Shown here in pieces: positions 48,301 to 62,611 of a stretch of 64,000 nt of DNA. Under the pieces are notes generated by a model. That model was not told where the DNA came from. It did not search any database and saw only the letters and a list, made by a program, of their open reading frames with translations. Source of the stretch: Hemiscyllium ocellatum (taxonomy: Eukaryota); assembly GCF_020745735.1 (NCBI RefSeq), contig NC_083417.1:63860001-63924000 (forward strand), given 5' to 3'. Within the stretch, counting starts at the first letter, position 1. Each line of letters begins with the position of its first letter. A program made the position numbers and the translations under genes.

Positions 48301-51262
48301 TTTTCGAATGCTGAGGCTGGTATATGCCCTTAAAGAGTTACCCTATCTCCAGATGCAATGTTACATTATCATCATTCAAAGTATGCTGATGGTGAGCCCC
48401 GAGACCTTTGTCACAGCTGAACAGGAAAACGTGCACCAATAATCACATCCCCACTCTGAAGCAAAGCAAATCAGATGGTTGCTGCTAGATTTAACCCAAA
48501 TGTCAGAATTGGTAGCAGAAAATGGAAAATAACATCCTCCTTCTAACAATACAACAGGCTAAGTGAATTGTTCGATTGATACCCTTGACTGCAAGAAAAA
48601 AGATTACTTTGTACGTTAACATGCTGAAACACTAACTCTGATGCTATGTGGCATAGACACTGACAGATCTGTCAGATAATAAGTGCTACTTCAAGAACAT
48701 GGAACAGGTATATTACAGGATAAACAGGGAAACTAACATTTAATGATTGATATTTCATCAATTATAAACACGTTTGCAGTTGATTAATCTAATATTTGGT
48801 TTAAGAATAACCAAAATAGATCTTGATGTTCCTGCATCATGTGATCGTGCACTTAATTTCGTTTGACAAAAAAAAAACGTGATTGAAACAGGGTAACGAT
48901 GATAATCTAATGTATAAAGTTACAGCTATAAGTTTGAGAAGGGTGCATTTAATTTCAGATACATGGAACCAAGGTTGAAAAATTCTCAACTAATTGCCCT
49001 TTATCAAGAAATTAGAGCAACTGCATTCTTCTACCTTTTATTCCTCGGCATTTAACGATTAATTAAACATAACCTTTACATGAAAATTAAACTTTTATCT
49101 ATGTATTTGGATTCCTAATTGTTGATTCTAATATTCTTTCAGACTAATTTTCTTTAAAAATTAGCATACTATTAAATCACAAAAGTTGAAGGATATCAAC
49201 CTTGGATCCTAAGTCTATATATGGTTGGAGAGACAGTTAGAGGCAATGAGGAATTCACAAGAGCAAGGGGTGTGATGGATGGCAGTAATAGGAAGGGAGA
49301 AAAGTCTCAGATACAGTCACATCGATGGGGTAACTCCAGGAATGGTAAGAGTGTGTTGGAAAATTTAAGGGGCAATGGATTCTAAGGGGAGAGTAGCACG
49401 AACAGCCAAGTTTCTGGTATTGAGACTGGCTCTAATGCAATGAGGCTTACGACTCGTTCCAAGAAATCAATTGTGTTAAGGGACCCTCTAGTCCGAGGTA
49501 CAAACAGATGTTTCTGTGGCCAACAGTGAAAAATCAGAATGGCATGTTGCTTCCCTGGTGCCAGGATCAAGGATGTGTCAGAGAAGGTGCAGAATGTTTA
49601 CAAGGCTGAGGAGGGGAGGCGGGAAGTCTTTGTCCACAATGGAACCAATGGCATAGGAAGGGAAAAGGTTGATATTCTGAACGAAGATTACAGAGAGTTA
49701 GGCAGGAATTTAAAAAGGAAGTCCTTGAGAGTAATAATATCTGGATTAATCCCAGTGCTACGAGCTAGTGAGGGCAGGAATAGGAGGATAGAGCAGATGC
49801 ATGCATGTCTGAGCAGCTCGTATATAGGAGAAGGATTCACATCTTTGGATCATTGGAATCTCTTTTCGGGTGGAGGTGTACAAAAAGGACGGAATGCACC
49901 GAAACTGTAAGGATCTAATATATGGCAGGGTGATTTGTTACAGCTACTCGGGTGAATTTAAACTGATAAGGTGGCAGGGTGGCATCCAGGGAGATGTGAA
50001 GAAAGATCAATCTGAGACACGTTAAGTTGAAAACAGAAGCGAGTCAGACGGTCAGTGCAGGCAGGGACAAAGCAGAGAACAAGGGAGGACTAATAAATTA
50101 AACTGCATTTATTTCAACGCAAGAGGCCTAACAGGGAAGGAAAATGAACCCAGGGCATGGTTAGGACAATGGGATTGCGAATTCATAGCAATTACGGAAA
50201 CATGGCTCAGAGATGGACAGGTCTGGTACAGTAATGTTGCAGAATACAAATGCTACAGGAAAGATAGAAAGGGAGGGAAGAGAGGAGGGGAGTGGTGTTT
50301 TTGATAAGGGATAATATTAAAAAGAGGATATTCCCAGAAATATATCCAGGGAAGTTATTTGTGTGGAATTGAGAAATAAGAAGAGGATGACCACATTACT
50401 GGATTAGAATTCTAGACCTCCTCATAGTCAGAGGGAAATTGAGAAACACATTTGTAAGGAGATCTCAGTTATCTAAAGAATAATGGAGTGGTTATCCTAG
50501 AGGCTTATAACTTTCCAAACAGAGACTGGGACTGCCATATTCCTAAGGGCTTACATGGAGAGTAATTTGTTAAGTGTGTACAAGAAAATTTTCTGATACA
50601 GTTTGTGGATGTACATATAGGGAAGGTGCAAAACTTGACTTACTCTTGGGAAATAATACAAGGCAGTTGTTTGAGGTGTCAGAGGGGCAGCACTTTGGGG
50701 TCGGCGACCAAATTCTATTAGTTTTAAAATTATGATGGAAAAGGACAGACCAGATCTAAAAGTTGAAGTTCCAAATTGGAGAAATGCCAATTTCGACAGC
50801 ATTAGGCAAGAGCTTTCAAAAGCTGATCGGGGGCAAATTGTTCACAGGTAAAAGGATGGCTCGAAAATGGGTAGCCGTCAGACATGAGATAATGAGAGTC
50901 CAGAGAAAGTACATTCTTGATGCGACGAAAGGATAGAGTGGGAGGTACAGGGAACGCTGGATGCCTAAAGAAATTGAAGGTTTCGTTAAAAAAGAGAAGG
51001 AAGCATATGTCAGGTATTTTCAGGATCGATCGAGTGAACTCTTAGAAGACAATAGGAGTATAGTTAAGAGGGTAATCAGGAGTGCAAATAGGGGACATGA
51101 GATCGTTTTGGCAAATAAAGTAAAAGAGAATCCAAAGCGTTTTTACAAATACATCAAGGACAAAGTGGTAACTCGGGAGAGAATAGGGCCCCTCAAAGAT
51201 CAGCAAGGCACACTTTGTGTGGAGCTGGAGAAAATGGGGGAAATACCAAACATTAAATGAGT

Positions 51263-51662
51263 AGAACATAGAACATAGAAAAATACAGCGCAGTACAGGC
51301 CCTTCGGCCCTCGATGTTGCGCCGACCGAAGCCTACCTAACCTACACTAGCCCAATAACCTCCATATGCTTATCCAATGCCCGCTTAAATGACCATAAAG
51401 AGTCCACCACTGCTACTGGCAGGGCATTCCATGAACTCACAACCCGCTGAGTAAAGAATCTACCCCTAACATCTGTCCTATACCTACCACCCCTTAATTT
51501 AAAGCTGTGTCCACTAGTAACAGCTGACTCCATTAGTGGAAAAAGCTTCTCACTGTCAACCCTATCTAAACCCCTAATCATCTTGTACATCTCTATCAAA
51601 TCTCCCATAAACCTTCTTTTCTCCAATGAGAACAGCCTCAAGTACCTCAGCCTTTCATCATA
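51263..51662 (-). mobile_element. Young antisense CR1 3' fragment with (GTTCTAT)n tail
   Basis: Uninterrupted frame YDERLRYLRLFSLEKRR...WNALPVAVVDSLWSFKRALDKHME; tail AGAACATAGAACATAG at 51263. Confidence 0.88.
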
Positions 51663-52297
51663 CCAATATTCTGCATCAGTATTTACTGTGGAAAATGTCA
51701 TGGAAGGTATAGAATGTAAGGAAATAGATAGTGACAGCTTGAAAAATGTCCATATTGCAGAGAAGGAAGTGTTGAAATGCGCAGATCTAACGAAATAGAG
51801 GGAGAACAAACCAATTGGATACAGAACTGTCTCAAAGGTGGAAGACAGAGTGTGGGCTGTAGGGTTGTTTTTCATATTGGAAGCCTGTGACCAGTGGAGT
51901 GCCACAAGGGTCGGTGCTGGGTACACAACTTCTTGTGATTTGGATGTGAGTATAAGAGGTATAGTTAGTAAGTTTGCAGATCACACCAAAATTGGAGGTG
52001 TAACTGACAGCGAAGAAGGTTACCTCAGATTACAACGGGATCTTGATTATATGGGCCAATGGGCTGAGAAGTGGCAGAAGGAGTTTAATTTAGATAAGTG
52101 CAAGATGTTGCATTTTGAGAAAGCATATCTTAGCAGGACTTATACATTTTATGTTAAGGTCCTAGGGAATGTTGCTGAACAAAGAGACCTTGAAGTGCAG
52201 GTTCGTAGCTCCTTGAAAGTGGAGTCGCAGGTAAATAAGACTGTGAAGAAGGCGTTTGTTATGCTTTTCTTTCCTGGTCAGAGTATTGAGTACAGGA

Positions 52298-53497
52298 TGG
52301 GAATTTGTTTTGCAGAGTTTTCTTCCCCTGTCTAAGTGACATCCTCAGTGCTTGAAAACCTCCTGTGAAGCGCTTCTGAGATCTTTCCTCTAGCATTTGT
52401 AGTGGTTTGAATCTGTCGCTTCCGGTTGTCAGTTCCAGCTGTCCGTTGCAGTGGTTGGTATATTGGGTCCAGGTCGATGTGCTTATTGATCGAATCTGTG
52501 GATGAGTGCCATGCCTCGAGGAATTCTCTGGCTGTTCTTTGTTTGGCTTGTCCTATAATAATAGTGTTGTCCCAGTCGAATTCATGTTGCTTGTCATCTG
52601 CGTGTTGGCTACTAAGGGTAGCTGGTCGTGTCGTTTCATGGCTAGTTGGTGTTCATGGATGCGGATCGTTAGCTGTCTTCCTGTTTGTCCTATGTAGTGT
52701 TTTGTGCAGTCCTTGCATGGGACTTTGTACACTACATTGGTTTTGCTCATGCTGGGTATCAGGTCCTTTGTATTCGTGAGTTGTTGTCTGAGAGTGGCTG
52801 TTGGTTTGTGTGCTGTTATGAGTCCTAGTGATCGCAGTAGTCTGGCTGTCAGTTCGGAAATGCTCTTGATGTATGGCAGTGTGGCTAGTCCTTTGGGTTC
52901 CTTAGGCATCTGTTGATGAAATTGCGGGGTTATTCGTTTTTGGAAAATACATTGTAGCGGTGTTCTTCTTCCTCTTTTTGCAGTTCTGTTGAACTGCAGT
53001 GTGTTGTGGCCCTTTTGAACAGTGTTGTTGCGCTTTTGAACAGGACAAACAGGAAGACAGCTAATGATCCACATCCATGAACACCACCTAGCCACGAGAC
53101 TGCACGACCAGCTATCCTTATTAGCCACACACTCAGAAGACAAGCAACATGAATTCGAAGGGGAAAAACACTACTATTATAGGACAAGCCAAACAGAGAA
53201 CAGCCTGGGAATTCCTAGAGGCATGGCACTCATCCACAGATTCAATCAATAAATACATCGACCTGGACTCAATATAGCGACCACTGCAACGGACAGCTGG
53301 AACTGACAACCGGAAGTGACAGATTCAAATCACTACAAATGCTGGAGGAAAGATCACAGAAGCGCTTCACAGGAGGCTACCAAACACTGAGAATGTCACC
53401 TCCACAGGGTACGTAAAGTCTGCAACACAAATTCCCAGCTTGGCGAACAGAACCACAACAACGAACACCCGAGCTACAAATCTTCTCACACATATTT
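52298..53497 (-). mobile_element. Penelope-like element (GIY-YIG) with inverted arms and a 9-bp target-site duplication
   Basis: VYKVPCKDCTKHYIGQTGRQLTIRIHEH (GIY-YIG); AGTACAGGA at 52289-52297 and 53498-53506. Confidence 0.9.
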
Positions 53498-55004
53498 AGT
53501 ACAGGAGTTGGGAGGTCATGTTGCGGCTGTACAGGACATTGGTTAGGCCGTATAATTCTGCTCTCCTTCCTATTGGAGAACTTGAAAGGGTTCAGAAAAG
53601 ATATACAAGGATGTTGCCAGGTTTGGAGGATTTGAGCTTTAGGGAGAGGCTGAACAAGCTTGGGCAGCTTTCCAGGTGCATCAGAGGCTGGGGTGGGGGA
53701 GGGGGATGCCCTTATAGAGATTTACAAAATCATCAGAGGCAGGAATAGGATAAATAGGCAAAGTCTTTTCCCAGGCGTAGGAGTGTCCCGAACTAGAAGA
53801 TATAATTTTAGGGTGAGAGGGGAAAGACATAAAAGAGACCTAAGTGAAACGTTTTTCATGCAAAGGGTGGTATGTGTAAGGACTCAGCTCCCAGAGGAGG
53901 TGGTGGAATTTGGCACAATTACAACATTTAAAAGGCATTTGGATGGGTATATGAATACGAAGGGTTTGGAGGGATATGGGCCAGGCGCTGGCAAGTGAGA
54001 TTAGATTGAGTTGGGATATCCGGTCGATGTGAATGGGTTGGATCGAAGGTCTGTTTCCATGCTGTACATCTCTGTGACTCTATCTGAATTTGTCTCTTTT
54101 GCAATGATGTAAAGAATATTTGTAATAGAATTTATCTTAGCGAAAAGTCGTAAAGTGAAAATAACAAAATTTAATTAAGAAGTTGGGCTCTTGGATAATT
54201 GACAAGTTAAAGAATCAGAAAAGAGACAGTGGGAGGTGATAACTTCCAAATTCCATAATCCTTAAGAGCCAATTAGAAATTGAGTTTGCATCCATAGAGA
54301 TAAGAAACATGAAAGTTAGAAGCAGCAGTCGGCAATTTGACCCCTTAAGCGCCAACACCATTCAATTTTATCATGACTGGTCATTAGGCCTAGTCCCTTG
54401 ATCCTTCCCTCCCCTCCATCCCTTGATCCTCTTAGTCACACGGGCTATGTCTACTTCCTTCTTGAAAATGCATAATGTTTTCACCTGGACCATTTTCTGT
54501 GGTCGCAAATTCCACAGGGTCAACACTCTCCGGGTGAACAAATTTAACTTCATCTCAGTTACTTGTAATCATCTCATGTTTGTCTATTCTCATCGCGTAA
54601 GCCAATTTGTAATAGGTCTTGCTCATCTGAGGCCAATCAGAGAATAACGATGGAATTGAGCATGCTGTATGTTTTATTTGTGGCTTGGAAACAGTTGATA
54701 AACTAAAGCTTTTGAAGTAAAGGCACGCATGAGGGTTTCATATTATGCTGCTTCTAGTTGGACATGACATGTTCATAAGGTATTGGAGAGAAACTGAGAA
54801 ACAAGTGTCAACCTGCAGCATAAGCAGAATCAGATAAAAAGAGCCCAAATATCTGTGAAGTCACTGTTCTGCTTTAAAAGGTAATATTTATAACCTGAGC
54901 AAAGTTACCTGAGTTATTGCACAAAACTATCTCTTGTTTCCTTGTTTGAGTGGAACACCCCCGAAACTTGCTTAACACCTGCCAGTGGGATACATTTTCA
55001 GAAG

Positions 55005-55640
55005 GTTCAATTAACACAGGTGCAGGGGGAGTGCTTCAGTGGTCAAGGGCATTCAACCTCGGACCTTTAACATCCTCCTAGGCAGACTTCGGGACACGTG
55101 AGAATTCAGAGTTGCCGAATAGAGGCTGATAATCATGTTCGGTATCCATAAGGGCAGTCTCAACCTGGACATTAAGTTCATGTCACACTACAAATGACCC
55201 AATCACACTATACACATATTGATATGCACCGGCACATGTACACACATACTCTCACACAAATACGGACTCTATCTCATACACACAACATATTCACACTCAC
55301 CTCTCTCATACGCACACATTCCCTCACACTCACTCACACTCTCTCAAGCACACACAAACTCACATGCATGCTCTCACAAATATATACTTCCGCACAATTG
55401 CACACACCACCTCTCTCAAGCAACACGTTCTCTCAAGCGCATGTGCACACACACAAATACACCCGCACTCGCTCCATCAAACACGCCCTCTCATACGTAA
55501 GTTCTCTCTCTCGCTCTCTCTTTTTCTCTGTCTCTCTCTCCCACACATACACATGCACACACAGATATAGAACTATGGGGTGAATTTGCATTTGCAGACT
55601 TGTATTCGCAGATGCATTCTATTTTGTTCAAAAACCACAC
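55005..55640 (+). mobile_element. Penelope-like GIY-YIG C-terminus + CA-rich 3' tract
   Basis: GECFSGQGHSTSDL remnant, then the CA tract paralogous to 1-345. Confidence 0.7.
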
Positions 55641-57062
55641 AATGAAGGAGTCAAGAATGTTGATGAGGGCAGAGTGGTAGACCTCATCTATGTGGATTTC
55701 AGTAAGGCCTTTGATAAGATTCCAAATAGTAAGCGGCTTTGGAAGGTTAGATCACATGGAATCCAGGGGGAGTTGGCAAATGACGTTCTCAATTGACTTG
55801 ATAGGAAGAACAGGGTAATAGTGGAAGGATGTTTGTTGGACTGGAGGCCTGTAACTAGTGGTGTGCCTCAGGTGTCGGTGCTGGGACCATTGTTTTTGTT
55901 GATTATATTAATGATTTGGATGAGAATTTACAAGGCATGATTAATAAGTTTGTAGATGACATTAAAATAAGTGTTATTATGGACAGGGAGGAAGGAAGGT
56001 TATCAGAAAATGCAGCAGGATATTGATCAGCTGGGGAAGTGGGCCAAGATATGGCAAATAAAGTTTAATATAGATAAGTGTAAGGCGTTGCATTTTGGAA
56101 AGTCAAATCAAGGTAGGAGTTTCATGGTGAATGGTTGCGCAAAAGGGAGTGTCGTGGAACAGGGGGACTTCGGAGTTCAGGTTCACAGTTCTCTGAAAGT
56201 GAAGTCACAGGGAGACAGGGTAATGAAGACAGATGTTGGCACATCTGGCCTTCATCAGTCAGATTATTGAATTTTGAAGTTGGGAAGTTGTGTTGATGTT
56301 GTATAGGTCATTGGCGAGACTGCGCTTGGAATGTTGTGTTCAGAATTGGCTACCTTGCCATAGGAAGGATGTTATTAACCTGGAAATAGTGATGTACGAG
56401 GATGTTTCCAGGACTCAACTGTCTGAGTTATAGGGAGAGATTAAACAAGGTAGGACATTTTTCTTTCGAGCCCAGAAGACTGAGAGACAATCTTTTGAAG
56501 TGTATCAGATTGTGTGAGGCAAGGGTAGGGCGAAGGCACTCAGTCTTTTTTTCCAGGGTTGGTCAATTGAGAATTAGAAGGCATCAGTCTAAGTTTAGAG
56601 GAGATAGAACAAAAGGGAACCTGAGAGGCAACATTTTTGCATAGAGGGTAGTAAGCATATGGAATCAGCTGCCAGTGGAAGTTGTTGAGGTGGATACAAT
56701 ACCAACATTTAAAAGGCAGTTGGATGAACACATGGATAGGAAAGGAATAGACGGATCTACTGTACTCTGGCATAGTGAATTCCACTGATTCATGATCTTA
56801 AGAGAGAAGTAAAAAGGGACAGTTCAGCAACTCTTGCATAGGTACATGGAAGATAGTATAATGAAGGACATATATTAGAGTAGGATAAAAGGCCGGCAAA
56901 ACATTGACAGCCAAACAGCCTGGACTGTGTTGTACTGTTCTATGTTCTATAAGGAAAGGGGTCAAGTGCAGGGAACTGGAATTCGTGTAGATGGACATTT
57001 TTTGTGGCATGGACCAGTTTGGACCAAAGGGCCTGTCTCCATGTTGTACGACGTTATGACTA
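55641..57062 (+). mobile_element. CR1 fragment (paralog of 346-1780)
   Basis: Same breakpoints and RT motifs as copy A. Confidence 0.9.
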
Positions 57063-60000
57063 TCTATAGACAGTCAGTCAGTGTGGCATTTTATAAATTC
57101 TCACTTTGGAAATGAAACCAATCTGGCTCCAAGTTGAAATACAAACAGACTTGAAACATTGTCTCACATCTAAAATTTATTGCCTGACTTGAGATATGAC
57201 CTTTAACTTCTGAATTCTGTTGCCGATGTATTGTCTCTTCCTAGCTGCCTGAGGAAGGAGCTGGGGTTCTGAAAGCGTATGATTTCAATTAATCCTGTTG
57301 GAATACAACCCAGTGTCATGTGATTTTTTTTGCTTTTGCGAAGGTACTACTGGAATTGCTTTGAAGTATAGGCCCATAGAAAGTGACACTGAGATTGCTA
57401 ATATTTGCTAAACATAACCCCAAACTTTTATTGACAGTTCAAAAATCAGAATGTAAGTGTATTCTGATATTGTTTGTTATTGCAGCCCTGTCACTTTCAG
57501 CTGATGTATAACGCAACGCAAAATCAACGTGATTAACTAAGTATCAACATGAGCTGCAGTACAACTGCGATGGACTGAATGTGAAGCTTTGCTTTTATTG
57601 CTTGTGTTCTTCCATGCTTCAAAGCCTTGTAATTAAGTTTGTCTGAGCGACAGCTCTTTTATGCAAAGTGTGCGATGAAGTGATGTGATCCAAATATTAC
57701 TAGCAGGCTGTGCAGGCCACATATATATCTTTAACCTGTAGCAAATAACACATGAATAAGATAAAGGTATACAACTGCAACAAGGGGTCCAAATGCAAGA
57801 AGAAGGGAAGCTTGCAGTTTGTAAGTGGGAAAAGAATATTACATTTTTGAATTCAAGGAGAGAGAATTATCATCTGGACAGGGAGAAAACAGCGAATTGT
57901 TACACCACTCTTCCTTTGTAACTCTCGCACAATGATTGAGTTGGTAAACTCGTCATGTTTGCCACACAAAAGTGTTTTGAATAAGATTGTATTGGAATCC
58001 ACGTCAGTATAAAAGTAACTAGAAATCAACAAACCGCAGAGGTTCGGAGACGACACTCAGTTCCAGAAGTGTGTGTGTGTGTGCGTGTGTGTGTAGTGTT
58101 TTCTGAATCAGCATAGTAAATGAGACAAGTTGTGATTTAGGATGTTTTTTACTTTGAACTGTCGCTTGGACACGTGTGTTAAAATTGATACACTGCAGAA
58201 TTTTCATTGTTCTTTTTTCTCCTGATTGTGTTTGCTGTTTCTTTAATAAGTTTATTAAGGACATATATTTGCATACAATCTGACACTTGTCAATACCTGA
58301 TTCTTTATTAAAGTAATTTGTCCTGGGCGTAAAATATCAATTTGTTGTTGAGTAAAGGAGCTTTGCTGACTTGTTCTCAATGCTGAATATTTTACAGTCA
58401 GTAAATTATATAATTGATGAAATCCAAACATGGGTGCATTTAAAAATGGTATACACATTTGAAGATTAGAATTAGTAAAATTAAACAGTTCACCTCTCCA
58501 CTATCAATCAGGACAATTTGAACAAGAAAATGCTTCAATTAAAAATGGAAATTGGTGATATAAGTTGAAGCCTTCACACGTTCTCATCTATATCAGGAAA
58601 GCATTTCGAAAATTTCACAAAGACAAATGCAAAATGCAATGTGTGTCGGATATGAATTGAATGTATGTTTCTAATAACACAAATATTGATGAGACAAGAT
58701 TGCTAATATTCATCACTAGAAATATTTTCAGTATGCTGCAATACTCAAAATTAAATTTGCAATGCACAAAACTATTTTTAGAACTATGTGTTGGTGCTCT
58801 TGAGCTGAATGACTGAGCCACATCTGTTATTTTGCTTGATTAGCAACTCACAACTTGCAACATTAATTCTGTGGGTGGTTTAAAACAATAAGGTTAAAAT
58901 GATGCAGCCCTCTGTAGAACTAATAGTTCACTCACACATTGACCTTTTATTTGCTTTGTTGTTTTTTTTAAAGTTGCACCACCACTTCAGTTAATGCATT
59001 ATCACCTTTTCGATGTTGCAACATTAAACTGCTATTGGAAAATCTATTGTGGCAAAACAAAATAACATTGAAGAGAGCTGTGCAAATTCTGGTAAAAGCC
59101 TCATGGACTCAAAACGGATTGTAGTTTATTCTCTCTTGTAGTATCTTCAAATTAACAGCACATTAAATACATACATAACAGACGTCGATTCCACCAATTC
59201 TTTATAATGACAAGTGACCTCAAATTTACTGGCTGTTGCAAACAGAATACATGTAGAATTATTTATGATTGAAAATGAGAAAAATTGAGGAACAGCACAG
59301 CTGAGACTATTTGAGTCGTTCTTTAAAAATGTCAGAACCCATAAAATATTTAATAATTTGTGATGCCACGTGGATAGTTGTGAGCTCGGTGGCTGTTAAC
59401 ATTAGCAAAAATGAAATTGGCATCCCCATTCAAGAAATGCATGGATTATTCCAACGACTTAATCTTCAACAATTTCATATTCAATAACATGAAAGAGATT
59501 GGCAATCCCAATACAGCAAAGCACCACAGAACGCAAAACACTCACGTGGGAACATTACTCACCAAGACTAAACCGCCAATGTTGATTTGTAGTAGATCGG
59601 ATGAACTCTGTGTTTATTGAATTTAGACCTATGCCCAATAGAGCTAATGTTGTAGCATGACAAAGTCACAATTAGAGAAACGTATCAGCTGAATATAAAT
59701 TATAACAGACTCGGTGAGGTTTTGTTCAGAAAAACAGTTGAAAGAATTTTACACAAATACTTGATTTTTTTTACTGTAGATAACATTCTGCATTACGATA
59801 TCAGTGTATTGTTCCATCTCTGGTGGGTAGCATCACACAGTATGCAGAAGCCTGAGTTGACATAACAGAGAAATGAAAGCAACATTTCTTGTGAATGGGT
59901 GGTAGTTTTCCAACCACTGTGCAGGGTCTCAACTGCTTCAGTAGATGTCCATTTCGAAAAAGCTTGATTACAAAATATGGACACCAATCTCATGACGCTT

Positions 60001-62611
60001 GTATCTTCATGTTTGTTCCCGATACGTATTGTTTCTATTTGGACCGTGCGTTACTTTCTATAAATGGGTGTATTCTTAAATTCATTCTTCATTTTTTCCA
60101 TTCACATTTTCTCTGTGCATATCATTTCATTAAAGGCTAGTACTCATTCAATCTGCAAATCTAATGTTTGACGATATCACTAATTTATTCCTTTTGGCGG
60201 TATTTCAAAATAATTACCAGAAAAGGCGATTTAACAGTATTAAAGTTCAGAAAAACGCATTTCCTTCGTTATTACATGAATGTTAATGGTACTTTGGTGA
60301 TATAACTCAGTAAGGCCTACCTTGGCTGATAGATATTTTCCTTTTCACATTTGTGTCGTAACGATTTCTTGCCTCTGCTCAAATCCAATGCAGCACGATT
60401 TCAGTTACTTCTCCCTGCATGTGTCAGAATCCAAATATTTGGTTTGCTGCAAATTGCGACTAGTAAACAACAGTTGACCAGGGTTCAAGATGAGGTGCAC
60501 AAACCATATATATTTGCACAATTTGCCTTATTGGAGCATTGTGATCCCTACAGTTAATACATAATTCTGTCAATGCTCAGGCCACAGGGTGATATGACTG
60601 CTATGAGCAGCAGATTTACAATATTAAGAATTGTTCTTTCCTCACAACTGAAGCATGGATGCATCTACAATCAGTTGTCACCTAAACATATCTTTCAGGA
60701 ACCTGGCAATATTCCTTGAATGATTAAAGGATCATCAGTTATCAGGTACATTCCTCATCATGGATTGAAAGAATCACTGACAGCTGGCCAATACTTAGAG
60801 AGTAGACTTGAACTGTTCTGGAATGATTTTGTTTTACTATTTCCGTAAAAGCATGTTTTTCCTTTACCATTTCAACATCTACCTAATGGAATGAATGAAC
60901 ATATTAGCTCTTCTGTGCATTTTGGCCTATTTGTATTTTTTTTTCATCTGTAGCAAACAAAATGTTATAATATTTTAAATGTTTTTGTAGTTACCATATT
61001 CGTGATTGCAAATATACATCAAATGTAAAGGTAATGTAAAGAATAGTTTATGAGTTTTGATTGAACCAAGGTATTTGAAATTTCACACGTTATACAAACT
61101 AGCAGGAACGTTTCTTTGCATTTTTCTTGAAATATCACTGAATATTTTTGGAGATTAAGGGAAACCATCTCATTCTTTAAACTTCTTTACTGCATAGACT
61201 TCTGACATTAGAATCCTGTCTGCTATTTATATGACTCAATAGAAAGATTCCCCTAGTTCTCCCTTACCTGTTGGGTGCAATTGTTTTGCGCACAGCAGAC
61301 ATAGCAAAGTAAGTGGTTAGAACTGGATTGTATAACAGGTCCCGAAGACAGCTCGACCACTCAATACAAACCTGCCTAATTTTCCATCCTAGCTGCACAT
61401 TCTTCCATGCTTTACATACACCATAATTCTCGAGAGACTAAAATGTATCTCTTTTATTATTCAACATACTCACAGCTCGTTGGGGCAGGTAAGTTCAAAG
61501 GTTCTCAAGTTTCTGGTTAACGTAGTTCTAGGTGATCGACTGGCACTCTGCTGAGACAGTACCTTTCTATTCAAAATGCCCCCAGCCACCATAAACAATT
61601 TCCTAGTGCGTACCCCATCGTGCCCAGTCAGCGCATTGACAATTTCTCAGAGGCAAATAGAAATAAAGAATAAATATTGAACTTTTTCGCAAAGACCAGG
61701 ACAAGAAAATGAATCAAATGTCTTTTGATACAGGGACAGGGGGAGCTGGTATAGAAATTCAGCCATAATGGTTTTGTAAACTGCATCAGGTTGAGATGTT
61801 GTATTGTTTCCTGCTGCTCTTTGTCCTTCCAGTCTATTTCGGCCACAGACTCGCCTCCGCTAACTTTACTGATGGAACCACAACAGAATGAGTTCGTTAG
61901 TGATTCTTCAGGAGTGAGCATTTCATTTAACATCTTTGAACAGGAACATTTATATCCAAGCAATTATACGTACCATTCTTTAACATTTTGTAATCATATT
62001 GCCTTCATCAACTGCATTTCAAAACAGTCGACATTTGTTCATGACAAATAACAATGTTAGTCGAGCTCTCCTGATGAACTTTTGTTTTTCGTCCGATACG
62101 TCGATTTTCCTGCTCCTCGGATGCTACCTGACACTCTGTGCTTTTCCAATACCACACTCTCGACTCTCCCTCCTCGTCGAGTTAGGAAGTTGTCAGTAAC
62201 ACTGAGGTTTACATTGAAATAGTTAGCGTATAGTAGATCTGACCATTGTTATATCCCACTGGTGCCACGTTCCAGCAAAGATCCCGAACGCCAGGAACAT
62301 CAATTTAGTAGCCACACACCCAAGAACTGCAAAGTGAAATGGTATTCTGACACGAGCTACAAGGTTGAAATAATGAATGCATTGATTAGCAAAGCTAGTG
62401 CTTTCAGTATATCTGTTCAAATTGCATTAAGACCAGACAGAAAAACACAGATAATATTTGAAGTAACGCCGTCATAAAATAAACTAGACATTCGGGATTA
62501 ATCTATGAAAGAGATTGTTGGTTTAGCAATCTCATAATATTAGCAGAGTGAATTCAATGAGAGAGGGACAGATTCTATGTAATCAGATGACTCAATCAGT
62601 TTCTTCACTTT

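Larger units (their letters stand above)
49230..54085 (+). mobile_element. Near full-length degenerate CR1 (ORF1 esterase, APE, RT, 3' end) with two nested insertions
   Basis: ORF1 CCFPGARIKDVSE..VHNGTNG (SGNH esterase-like); NCIYFNARGL, IAITETWL (APE); SKFADHTKIGG (RT); 5' boundary approximate. Confidence 0.9.
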
